NCBI GenBank assembly: GCA_050084515.1
Contig: CM114271.1
Location: 48,918,001 to 48,982,000, forward strand
Reading direction: 5' to 3'
Source of the DNA: Blasia pusilla
Taxonomy: Eukaryota
Length of the DNA stretch: 64,000 nt
The translations under genes were made by a program, and so were the position numbers. Shown piece after piece: positions 1 to 12,599 of the stretch. Each line of letters starts with the position of its first letter. Position 1 is the first letter of the stretch. The notes under the pieces were generated by a model, which ran no database searches, had not been told where the DNA came from, and worked only from the letters and a program-made list of their open reading frames with translations.

Positions 1-2582
1 GGAGGATCTTTTCTGTCGTACATTTATTCTGCCCCACCTTTGAAGGTAAGAGTGGCCTGCTTGTAATGGTTGTTCAATGTCCTCTTGCACATGGATTTAA
101 CTAGATGTATCGCATGCTCTGTCAGAAAGGGATTCACCTTTAAAAGTAGCATTGAGTTGTAGCTCAATTTTATAAGACTTCACATATAGAATATCTGTTG
201 TTGATGTTTATTTTTTTAGGCGTACTCCCAAACACCATCCCAGTAGGTTTTATTTGTATTCCTTTGACTTCCAAGTCTTGTCTTTACTTTTGTTTCTGGA
301 TGTCTTCACATCTCGCCTTTATACATGGGTAATTTCCCTCATTATGCACCTGCCTCGTGTTATTTTCTTTTCCCTGCTAAAAGTTTCCTGCTCCCATGGT
401 CCTGTGTGCACAGCTGAAGCAAAGTGGATGGCTTGGCAACTATGCTTTGGGCTCCAGTTATATTTCTCTGCCATGGTTCGTACGTGTTTCTTGTATCCAA
501 ATGCTGCACCGTGATATTAAAATTGTGCTTGTAGGATGAAACTCAATTTTCACCAACTGTAGGCATACCCATTTAACAAGACATTTGGGTCGAGCTTTAC
601 AGTCCAATCATATACTACCAATCCAATGAACTACTTGGCAAATTGTGGGTGTGTGTCTGTCAGCAAAACCGCTCACTTTTCATGATGTTATCTTTGTGTA
701 CATGTCTCGATGTTTGAGATTGAGATTGCTGTCATCTTTCCGTATGACAGGTGGTCAGGTCAAGCTCTTTTTGGAACTCTTACACCTGATGTGATCATTT
801 TGACTCTCTTGTATAGTACTGCTGGGGTGGGTTGGCAGTCCTTCCTTACCCGTTTCAATTTGCTTCTGACCATTTCCAGTATATTCTTGCATGCATTTAC
901 CTTACGCCTGCAACTGTTCTCAGTGCAGCGGATTTGTCTCCATCAAGTGAAGGATTGTTGTTGTGGGCATGGAACCCACTGATAGAAAATAAGTTCTTCT
1001 GCTGATTATCCATCTTCACAGAAGTTCTAACCCGCTTTGATCCTGTACAGTTAGGAATTGCTATTATCAATGACTTCAAAAGTATTGAAGGGGACAGGGC
1101 ATTAGGATTACAGGTGAAGTTGATCATTTTATACTGCTTTTTAAACTTAAAAATATGGTTTTATAGCACGAGTGTGATAATTTTTGCAGCAATATTATTG
1201 CATGGATGGAATTGTGTATATGACATAGCAAACAGGGTTACATAGCCAACTTGAGTTTGATGGCTTGTGGTTACATCTGCTACAGTCATTACCTGTTGCA
1301 TTTGGAGTTGACGCGGCGAAGTGGATCTGTGCCGGAACAATTGATGTCACACAACTTGGTGTTGCAGGTCTGTATCTTGCTGTTTTTGCTCAAATATTGA
1401 TGCCTCTTGTCTTGAGCTTCATGTAAGGCATGCCTTTCTTTGGTGAGAAAAAGGTCAGGGAAACCTCTATCCCAACGGGGTGTTCCAGGTTTAGAGACTC
1501 CCTTACATTTAGTGAGGACCAGGGGTGTTTTCTACTTGCAGTTCTCCTTCCCCTCCTACTCAAGAATATGGTCTGGATGCATGGCAGGGTGGTATTGTGT
1601 GGACCATGTCACTGTTCATGTCTGACCTACTGAACAAGATATCCTGCCAAGACAGGATTGGTTCATTGAGTGATTGCGTTTATGTTTGGCCCGTCTTCAG
1701 AACGGGGATGTCTGGATAATTGTATAAGGCAGCTAGTTTGAGCAGGTTAACCCTACAACTTTTGGAAGTTGCGATCTGCAGCATACCTTCTGGCCCAAGG
1801 GAAGACAACCTATGGATTGATTTTGCTGGCACTTATTGCTCCGCAAATTCTTTTCCAGGTGGGAGATTATCCATCAGCCAAAAAAATTTATGTTCTAGTG
1901 TTTGAGTGGAAGTTGTGCACATGTTGAATTTGGTTCAATCTACGAGATTTTCATTTGTCTCAAGTGCATATGTATTGATGGCTGGTTCTTAAATCTAACA
2001 CTTTGAGCGTTCTCTTCCACTGCAGTTCCAGTACTTCTTGGATGACCCTATCAAGAATGATGTCAAGTATCAGGTATGAGCTACCCAAGAATGTTCAGCG
2101 TGAGGCATGCTCATGTTAAGATTTGTTGCCATTCACCATACGAATTTGAACTCTCTGCATATCTGGAGTCTTCCTGCCCAAGAACACTAAATGGAAAGCT
2201 CATTGTGAGTTTGGAGTATACTGGGAGTTTGCGTGAATCTGCTTTGTGTTTGTGCTTTCTCTTTACGGATGGTGATACGTTCACTGGTGAGCTCCAGTTG
2301 AGAGTTTTTGCCATATCCTGTGGCCTCATCTATGAGCTGTGGTCAGATCAGGTCTTTTGGCCTGATGGCATGTCCTACGGTACAAGAGGCAGGGGTAACA
2401 AACGAAATGTGCAAATAGAACTTGAGTGCTTTCTGTTAAAACTCTGCTGATCTGCCCATAGATCACAAAGCTTTCCGTCATGGCAGTTCAAGTGACTCAT
2501 GTATTCTTGATTTTTTCAGGCAAGCGCACAGCCTTTCTTTGTGTTTGGCCTCTTGTGCACAGCCTTGGCGATAAGCCATTGA
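1..2582 (+). CDS. CHLG: Chlorophyll synthase (UbiA prenyltransferase family), 5'-partial. Exons 1-45, 414-475, 751-826, 1051-1113, 1286-1367, 1782-1858, 2026-2073, 2520-2582
   Basis: Manual splicing at GT-AG sites gives GGSFLSYIYSAPPLK|LKQSGWLGNYALGSSYISLPW|WSGQALFGTLTPDVIILTLLYSTAG|LGIAIINDFKSIEGDRALGLQ|SLPVAFGVDAAKWICAGTIDVTQLGVA|AYLLAQGKTTYGLILLALIAPQILFQ|FQYFLDDPIKNDVKYQ|ASAQPFFVFGLLCTALAISH*. This is the recognisable C-terminal half of plant ChlG, with consistent intron phases. Confidence 0.96.
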
Positions 2583-3952
2583 TTGGCCATGCAGTGGGTG
2601 AGTAGCAGGACTCAAAACTCAGCCTTCGTTGAGATGCACTACCAGATTTTATGAATTTGTAAGTAGAGATACATTGTGATCAGACAAGCAGGGCAGACTA
2701 TGAACCTTATCCGGAAAGGACTGATGCTACGATGTCTTTGTCATCATAGCCCCAGGGCAGTTCGCTTTCACTCATTCTCCACCCATCAGCTCCGTACAGC
2801 TGCAGCCTCAAGAAATTTTGACCTTGCAATCTGGCAAGACTGGGTCGGCCAGATGTATGATAAGTACGATGCTCATTAGATATGCATGTAAGAAATCTCA
2901 AGGCACTGCCAGAGTTTTCAAATATAGACCACGGTAGAGTTGACTGGAATAAATGGTAGGCATGTATGAAGTGGCTATTTTTAAGGCGTGCTTCTAGCCC
3001 AAATCATAGGCCTGCATTTTTTACAAAGTCAATCAAAAAGGTACTGGCATTAGTTCTGAATATTCCACTTGATCATTACTCCCAGATTACCCGTGTGCCG
3101 TGGATTTACATGTATTTCAAAGTATTTGTCGGAGAGAAGTAGTATCCAAATCGATGTGTCAATGCCGAAGCATATAATCAGGTAATTCTTGGACAGATCC
3201 GAAAGTTTAACGGTGGTTTTAACTAATTAAACTCGCGAAAATTCTTACCCTAAGCTTTTTGGATGATATGGAGTAACTGACATATCTTCCAAACCGCGGA
3301 GGCTCACAATTTTGAACATGGACTATGTCGGGTCCGTAGTTCAATTACTAGATTTTAATGACCTTACATTATTTTGACTTTTCTTGTGAGAAAATCTTAT
3401 TTTGATGGATATGATTTTCGTAACGTCGGCTACGGGTAGGATAATCTTTCATATTTACCAAGGATAGTAGGTTTAGGTTGTAAACATAAGTTTTGGTAAA
3501 ATCATTTCTCGGAATTATGAACTATGGACTATTGGATGAGTCGTCGTGTAATAATGTCCCAATTCCGTGTAAGGATTTCAGTTTTCAGTAAAACTTGTCA
3601 CACGTTCATCCACCTTTCAGTTCACCATGACGTGCCATAAATCCATGCAACTTCCACGCGCATCTTAGTAAGCATTGTTTCAGTGTAGATATTCCCAAGT
3701 GTAGTCAAGCCTACGTGGGAAAATGCTAAGGGCGCCAGGCCGTGTACGGTTACTGGATAGTGAATACTCTCTTTTTCCAAGTTGGAAGAGTATCTAGGCC
3801 TCTCTCCTTGACATACTTTGCTTTTACCACAAACAATGACACATCTACAGTAAAAAGGAGGCCTACACGCGCACATAAAGCTGATCCCATGATCATAATC
3901 CCTTCTCAATTGCGCCCTCTAAATCCCATATCTGCCAAAGAATTCCGACTGG

Positions 3953-6900
3953 TCATTTCTTTTTCTGCTGAAGGAGTGCTCTGACTCTTGTAGGAAGTCC
4001 ATATAGGCGGATGAATCCTGCTGCATCAGCTTGATTGTAGATTTTACTACCTTCTTCAAAAGATGATATGTCCTCTCGGTAAAGACTATTGGGGCTTGTT
4101 CGGCTTGTGACATTAACTGAGCCTTTGAACAGCTTCAAAGTGACATTTCCGGTACTGGTCTCAGAGACCTTCTCCATAAATGCATCCATGGACTCCCTGA
4201 GGGGATCAAACCATCTGCCTGCGTATACCAACTCTGCATACTTCAAAGCCAGTGAATCTTTTACTTGCAGGGTTTCCCTGTCAAGAGTAAGAGATTCCAG
4301 TTCTCTACATGCAAGGGTCAATATAGTACCTCCAGGGGTCTCATAAACACCTCGACTCTTCATACCCACAAGACGATTCTCAACCATGTCTACTCTCCCA
4401 ATTCCATGATCACCTCCGATTGTGTTCAGTTTTTCAAGCATAGCTGCAGGAGATAATCTCTCACCATTTACAGACACGGGCAATCCCGCTTCAATACCTA
4501 TCTCCACATACCTGCAAAAACATGGTTATCAGTGTTAGAAAGTAATTGCAATCAAGAGGAGGAAAGTTATCTGATGTGAACAGTGAGATAGCTCAACCTT
4601 CAATGGGTGACTCCTTTCTGAATCACATGTGAAAATCTCTCTACACAAGCTCTAAATCTTGTCACTCAACCTCTTCCTATTGCTTTTAGTTCCAATGAAG
4701 CGTCCTCAATCACAAAACCAAGATTCCAACCACATTCTATTTCGCTATTAAAGTAATAAATGTGTTCAATGCTTCCTGGGAAAAGTTGACAGTGGGTGGA
4801 GACTTGATTTGCTCCCCTAAGCTTGTAAGTTTCCCAAAGGGGGTAAAGATTTCAATAGATTTTCAGAATACAATAAAAGCAACTTTTGTGAAAAATCTGT
4901 GAATGAAGCAACCCAGGGATTTCAACAAAATCTTTTCTAGTAAAAATCCACAGAAGAAAGAACTTGCTCTATGTGGAGCAAGTCAAGGTGATACATCATG
5001 TGCAGGATCCTCAAGTCATCAAACTCACTCTGGTGTATTAGGGGCATCCTCGGGGTCCACAGTCATGACAAACATATCTTTCTTGGGCTCATTGGCAGGA
5101 TCTTCCAATATATCACCCTGCAAAAGACTGCTCTTGTAAGTAACTCAAGAGTGCCAATATCGATTGACTCTACAGACCATTTTCAGTAGAGAGTTTCATG
5201 GAATAACCTTCATGGCCAGATTACCTCATGACTGATGTGCCACAAATTGCGGTCTCGGCTGTAAATAGATTTTTTAGTAACAGGCACCGGAACATTGTGC
5301 TTCTTTGCATACTCAATAGCATCTTCACGACCTGTTATATCCCATTCTCTCCATGGAGCTACAACATTAAGAGTAGGATCCAGTGCGAAGAAAGTCAACT
5401 CAAACCTGACCTGCAGACAAAGTGAAAAATGAAAATCCGTTTTCTCAACAGAGGCACTAAAACATTCCCAATACCTGTCTAGGCCCTACACTATTGGGTA
5501 ATGTTTTAGTGCTATTCTAAGTTCCATCGCTGGAGCACCAGATAGTGAGATCAGATATTGAAATTGCAAGACTCCCTTTTTCTGCCAGGGTATGGCATAC
5601 CTGATCATTTCCTTTCCCAGTACAACCGTGGGATACAGCATCTGCACCAAACTCTTTCGCGACATCAACCATGGCCTGTACAACAATACAGAAACCAACC
5701 AAATCATCAGATGGGGCAATTCCATGTTATCCTAGTCATTCTCAACAGGGTACTCCTACATTCAGAACACTATGTCCTACATCTACAGCTACAACCAACT
5801 TTGGTAGCACAACTAAAACTAAATGTAGTTGCACCCTTCCTTGATCCCCTTCCTGTGGTTAAGAATTTTCAATAAGCGATATACTAGTAGTTCCATTTGG
5901 AGTTTACATCTTTTGTCAATTGGTCATAGATTTCCAGTTTGGAACTTTGTCCACAGGCTTCAGTTGACATAAAGCACTCCTTTTATGGTAAGCTGTTTTC
6001 TGTATCCATTGACGCAAACTCCACTCATGGCGTTGAGATGTCAATGTTTCCCTCGGTTCATTCTTTCAGGCTCACCCTCAATTTGAACCCAGTTGATTGC
6101 AGATAGAGTAGAATGAACTTTCTAAAACCCAGAGAACACACCTTTGCAATGATTGGACGTGCCATGGACGTACCCAACAGATACTTTCTTTCATAGACTG
6201 CTCCAGCTCGCAGGCATGGGAAGATGTAATCCTTCACGAAGTCTTCTCTTAAGTCCTTAATCACAAGGTGACTTGCACCGCTTGCTTTTGCTTTTGCTTC
6301 CAGACCGTCAGTTTCTCCAACACCCTGCATTTCGTGTGCCCGGGTATTACAATTCACCCTGGATCATTCTCACATGTAAAGCAGGCAGTCGGATATTTTT
6401 CCCTGAAACTACCAAATGACTATTGACGAGATCCCGTGTACTCATCGAAATTTGGCCATTCTGGAGGCAGAAGCTTCGAATTCTAAATAAGAATCAGACG
6501 ATGAAGTCTTATTCCGACGTACAAAGATCAGAGCAGCTGCATTTCAAAGGAAGGGCCGGGGGCGATCAGGACAGTCATTCTTACTTGGCCTACGTCCGCA
6601 GTGAAGCAGATAACTTCGCAACCATAGTTCTCCCTGAAGAAAAAAGTAGTAATCCATCAGAAGTGAAAGTGGGAAAACAAAGGTACATATAGAAGAATTA
6701 AGCTCCCACAAAGCAGGTAGGAGACTCAGGCCATTCATTCATGAAATCACAAAAACCTCACAGACATTGATCCAAATCAAATGGAGTTGAACCCTACCGC
6801 AACCAGGGAACGATTACAGATGTGTCGAGTCCCCCACTGTATGCCAGGACAACTTTCTTCAGTTTCCCACGGAGTCCACCTTCTGCATTTGCCTGAGAAG

Positions 6901-7230
6901 CCATCTTCACCTCGTCTGGAGCTAGGACGGCTCGCGCTCCTGCACGCTAAAGAGTTGCTGAATGAATTACTACTTAGTCGTTCACGTTTGCCACATGCAC
7001 CCACAGCTCCAATGTTCCTTTCCACACTCACTGCGTTTCGTACCTGTCCTGACCGAGAATCTCCGATGCTGGTGTACGTGGAATGAGGGAAATCCTGCGA
7101 GAGGAGCGCACAAACTGGCGCTACCACAGGTCCTTCTCAAACCATCAAACTCGGCGGGTACGGGAACATCAGGCTTGCGGCTCGAGCCACACAGCGAGGA
7201 GAGAGAGTGGGCAGCCATCGCAGCAGCCAT
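3953..7230 (-). CDS. argG: Argininosuccinate synthase, plastid-targeted, 8 exons
   Basis: Exons encode a Ser/Ala/Arg-rich transit peptide, then [14 protein letters not shown] (nucleotide-binding motif), [59 protein letters not shown] and [27 protein letters not shown]. The stop codon is at 3953. Splice sites checked are canonical. Confidence 0.97.
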
Positions 7231-8379
7231 CCCTTTAACGAAATTTCCTCCTCCAACTGCAGAGATTGATCCACAAATGCAGCGCGAGTCAGTAAAATCC
7301 CTCTCACCTCGCGACGATCAAATGAAGCCCACTGCTCCGTCCTCACACGGACGCAGTCGGATTCTCAAGCGGAAAGTGAGTCTCACATCAGTATCACTCC
7401 AGCGCATGGACGAACGGACCTGAGAATTGGATAGGCGGCGATCGTTGCTGCGAGCGAGAGGACAAGACAGGAGAAGAAATGAGAGGGTTGAGGGTTTCAC
7501 GAAAGGCACATGACGCGAAGCACAACAAGAGAGAGAATAGAAGAACGGACGTCGGTGTACGTCCAGCGCTCGCTAATCTACCGGTGCTGTGGCCTCACAC
7601 ACTCGCTTGGGTCAGGTTAAATTAAGGTAACGGTGGGAGAGACGGTAGATTGAGTCGGGTACGTTATTGGGCATGGTTGAATTATTGGTAACCTATATGC
7701 ATAAACCAGTATGGGTCCGGTTTGAGAGTTTGAGTAAAGAATTATATTATAATATCCAAAACTTTGTTAAATAAATTTAAAGATGATGGTCACCAATTCA
7801 AACTAGGTAAATAACCTATCCCATAGTATATTTGCCAAATCAGTAGTAGTCCAAAGTTCATTCGTGACTGGCACCAACTAGTAAGAAATAAGGAGATACA
7901 TGGGGGAAGAAGCATAGAATCATGAAAGATTGAATTTGTTTTTATTAGATCCACATCCATGCAAAACAAAGAGAACCCATTTAGGGTTGAAAAATCTTTT
8001 GTAGGAGACTTTCATTCTCCAAATCCACTCCCCAAACCTGCATCCCCAAAACGAAGAAGTGAGAAAAGGAAGAAGTTATTAGTGCCTAGTAGTAGGGGGG
8101 CCGTAAATAATGAAATAACAAGAAAATATAATAACAAACATGCAATTTTTTTCCTTATTCATATTTGATATTATGGGAAGGGAAAATATATTGACGAAGG
8201 AACCAAATTTATAATTTAATCAATAATTTAGTTGATGCATATTATTTTGGTGGGAGGAGTGAAGGGGGACGAAAGGTACTATTTAAAATTTCATGGAAAA
8301 TTGAAATTGCTTTGGGGATTAGGCTATTATTTAATGTTTAATTAAAAAGTGGAGTTAAATAGAAGAGTGGAATATTTTT

Positions 8380-8750
8380 ATTTTTTTTAGATTTAGGAAA
8401 ATAAAAATTATAAGCATATTTTGATAGAAAAATACGATTATTTTAAAAAAATCATGTTAATTCACCTTTGATATTTTGGGAAAGGAAAGTAAATTTGAAT
8501 GGAAAAGGGAAGTGATTTCTTTAATTCAATTTAGTTAGTGGGTGTTATTTTGGTGGGGAAGAGTAGATATTTTTTAAACTTTTATGGAAGTGTGAAATTA
8601 TTTAGGGGAGTGGGGTTTTATTTATATTTTAATTGAAGAATAAAATTATTTGAAATTGTGAAATTAGATTACTATTTGAAGATTTAAGAAAGTGAAAATT
8701 ATTTCTAAATGATTAAAAATTTTGCGTGCAAGCAAGGGCATGCTAACTAG
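8380..8750 (+). mobile_element. Non-autonomous Helitron-like repeat, 3' part (5' end not defined)
   Basis: Ends in GCGTGCAAGCAAGGGCATGCTAACTAG|T, a degenerate hairpin followed by CTAG and a T target base. The AT-rich body matches ~26520-26900 in inverted orientation. Confidence 0.55.
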
Positions 8751-8782
8751 TGGGCTTAAATTAGCAAGTTGTGTACTTATAA

Positions 8783-9030
8783 TCTATACTATTGACTAAA
8801 CGCATGGGGTTGCTATAAGTAGGAGGATAAGAAGAAAAAAGTTTTATGAGAAATGAAGAACCAAAACTATTTAACACCTTATCTTACTTGCATATGAGTT
8901 TCTTTTCATCCACAAAAGCGTTTAAATAATTTTAAAAGGTGTCGAGAGAGGGACTATGTAATTGATAGAAAATACCTAGATTAAGATCATGGTCATTCTA
9001 TGCTTGTGCAAACATGGGCATTCTTATTAG
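8783..9030 (+). mobile_element. Candidate ~250-bp mini-Helitron
   Basis: Begins A|TCTATACTAT and ends CTTGTGCAAACATGGGCATTCTTATTAG|T. This fits a TC 5' end, a decayed hairpin, a CTAG>TTAG 3' end and an A|T insertion site. Confidence 0.45.
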
Positions 9031-11519
9031 TTCGGTTATAAATTCAGTGCTCATGCAAAATGTTCTGTAAGATGGATGGAAATGGAACAAGAATGTGCAT
9101 TTGGAGTGTTGGTTCGAGTGAATGACAACATGAGATGTATATGTAAATAGAATGAACATGTGGTAACTTTAAAGCGGGAGATGTGAAATTTTTTTGAGAC
9201 TTGTGTATTCATATCATTTATATGTTCGGTATGGAGGAAACACACGTTGGACACCATTCAATGGGATGACTTGTTCTTGAAGTGACTAAATTGGAAGGGA
9301 CGATTGGGAAACATCCATAAGTGAGAATGATCAACATATATGTGTAGACTCTGAATGCGGTAGGGCGTTGAGTAGTGGTCTCATATGAAGGCGGGTTAAT
9401 ATATATAATTATTGTGGAAGCCTATCTTGATTTTTTCCTCCATTTTTCATACCTTTCATTTTGAGCAAATAAGCAACGAACACGTGTCTTGAGCTGGTAA
9501 ATGTTTTTGGTTGATTTAGTTCTTTGGGGTGATTCTAGACGTAGTTGTGAATCCAGAAGTGTACCCTTGGTGGTACACACTTCAAAATTTCAAAATTTTC
9601 CCACATTTTTTTAACTAACCTCTTGATAATCACATGATACTTACTTGTCCAAAATATACACAAGTCTCTTGCCCTCCCAATAAATCAACACTTTCCCAAA
9701 GGTCAAACATCAAACTATTATTTCAATATGGTTTCCCACATTTCCAATGCTCTCCCTAGCTTCATGCTAATCATTTTCAACCAATGGAAATATTACAAGG
9801 TACAATTTTAAATTCTATACTTTTCATTATCCCTTAGTTTAAAATTACCCGTCATTTTTCAAACACGTACAATGCATAGGTATTAACTAATATGATTTCA
9901 AAGAAAAAAAGAGTGTATATTCTATATGTTCATTGATGCTTATGTTTATATACAATTAGTTGGATTTACGCTTGATCCATATCTTGTTTAAGTTTCATCA
10001 TCTTCAATTTGCTTTAGGTACATTTGGTGGAATAAGCAAGAGGATCACGTAGTGGGGAAACAATGTAAATCATATGGTCTAGAACTAAGATGATAGTAAA
10101 GTGGAAAATATACTATAGTAATAGGATGGATGAAACAAGAGGAAAATTTTCCAAAGAAAATGATTTCAGTTGATTCTTCGAGTCGTTGAATGTGTCTGGA
10201 GTGTAACTTTGCCCCAAGATGTCAGATGTGGTTGGCGACAGGTCTGTTCCATTAGGAACGTCATTTATGGCGATTTCCCTATTTTGGTCTTAGTCTGTCA
10301 GGTGACCCATTCTCGATCAACGGTCACCCAATAACCTGCGCGGGTAGGTTACTGTTGGGAGGGCTATTTTTGGAGGAAGAGTCTTTTAGCTTTTCCCAAG
10401 GGTATAAGAGAGGGAGAGATGGATTTCCCAAGCCATCTTTCTCAAAGGGAAGATTTTGAACTCCCGAATTTAGTTCGGCTCGGTAAACGACGGATTGAGT
10501 AACATCCACATGATAGTTCTCATCATTATCCGCATCTAAAAGGTGCAACACCAAGAACATGTCACTAGCAACAATACTCCATCCAATCAAGCGCATTCCA
10601 CCCTTCCTTGCAAGTTTGACATTCAGTCTTATTTCGGACACCCCTTGCGCAACCGATATTCTAAAGTTCATCCCATAAGCCCGAACAATCGGCTTTACGG
10701 AATTCAAATTGGAAGGTAGTCTTCGAGTGCGGATCAAAGTGCCTAGAACCTTTGTCCGGGTAAGAATTTGCTTCTTAACCATGATTGTAGATCGAAAAAA
10801 ATTACTGCAACACGAGAATTCGTAAGCAATGCATTAAACATAGGAGAGAAAACCCTTTTCTTAACACTGGATAGGCAAGAATGGAGCAATATAGTACTCA
10901 TCATAAATTCATTTAGTGCAAACATATGAGATGTGAACTAACCTTGGTGAATTGGAAAGTGGAGATCTGCACAACCTCAGGAATTTTGGAACTCAATCCC
11001 TTGGGCAGTTGTTGCTCTGGTCTACGGTGGAATTCAATGAGCTAAAGATTTTGAAACCAGGGGGTCCACTGACACCACCAGATTCAATCCAAATCCTCCT
11101 GATTCAGAAACATATCAGCTATTGTCCTTCCGTTTCTCTAGGAATTGACACTAAAACTTACAACGATGACGTCCCCAACACCTGACTGAACCCAACAAGG
11201 ATGACGTCCACCTTGGTTAGAAACTCACTGCCCGAAAGAGGAGGAAATTTGACAGCATCTTGATTGTGTTACAAGATTCCTTACCCTAACATATGTTCCA
11301 ATCTACCCCCGCGGTTCAATCAAACTTCCATATTAGATACTAGCGTACATTCGCCCGCCAAAACTATGTAGGTTCCCCAGGCTATAATAGAGTACATTTG
11401 TAGGGCAGTTGCAAAATTACTCTCTCCAAACCTCTACCAATCGAAACACGAAAAGTGAACGGTAGCTATTCTTCACAATTGGTTCTTTGTCCGGAGTACA
11501 AACAACTTAGCACAATGCC

Positions 11520-11780
11520 GAAGGGATACTACGTCTGAATCGCCACGACGTCAAAAGCCGTGATACCTTCTCAAGGGGTACCAAGTCTAAAGGGTTTCCA
11601 AGCCTGAAGGGCTACTACGTGCGTCGTGTTTGCAAACTTGAAGGGCTACAAGGCTGGAGCACTACGACATCTGAGAGGGTACTACGTTTGGATCCTTACC
11701 ACGTCGGAAAGGCTACTACGTAAAAAATGTTATCGCGTCTAAACGGACCGTTTCAGCATTTGAAGGGGTACTATGTTCAA
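11520..11780. repeat. Degenerate short tandem repeat, core GAAGGGCTACTACGT
   Basis: Variants include gaagggatactacgt, aaggggtaccaagt, gaagggctactacgt, gagggtactacgt, gaaaggctactacgt and gaaggggtactatgt. Confidence 0.65.
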
Positions 11781-12599
11781 ATCATAACCCGGTTAGGCTT
11801 CTGACGGCTTGCAATAGGATCTCAAGTCCATACTTGAATGAACATGGCAGATCATAATTTGTGCGGTTCCCAAGTGTAGATCTTAACATACTAACCGTTA
11901 TGTCCATTATCCAAACGATACGAGCCAATCCCTTTAATGAAAGTAAATACATTGTCAAGACGAAACCCGAGCGTCAGGGGCCAAGTATTGTGTCCTTTGA
12001 CGTTCCTCCTTCTCCTTCTCCCTCCACCATTAACTACTTTAGTAAGATGGGAATAAAGGACAGAAGTTTAAACTACGAACGCAGTAGATATATAGACCAC
12101 TAACCTAACTCCTCGAAAAGCACGGCTAGCCAGCTGCAAAACACATTCAGATCTAAAACGCAGTAAGGCGGTTGCAGGCCTCAACGCCGCAATTGCAATG
12201 TGACAACCTCACTCGAATCAGCCAAATTTTTCCTGCTCAGTTCCGATTCTTAAGTACTCCCGACCGACCGAAGCCAGCTTTGGTCGGTCAGGAGTTCCTA
12301 AGAATGGTAACTATAGATCTAGTTAAAAAAATGATAACTGAATCCAATTCCCTCAACCATTTTTGTAACTCTACATGTACGGTGTGAATCGGAAGTGAAT
12401 TTGCAAACCCTAAAACCTAAACACTGACATGCACAACACTTCTAAAAATGATAGAACGACTAAAATACCTTCACAAAGGGCACTCAGGAATCCACCTCTG
12501 CATGACATCTCCCGCCCCGCAATAAAAGCCATACATTCAATTGCATTGGAAGTGTGGATCTATGCTTAGTTTGATAGCTTTGAATCCAGAAATGAACGG

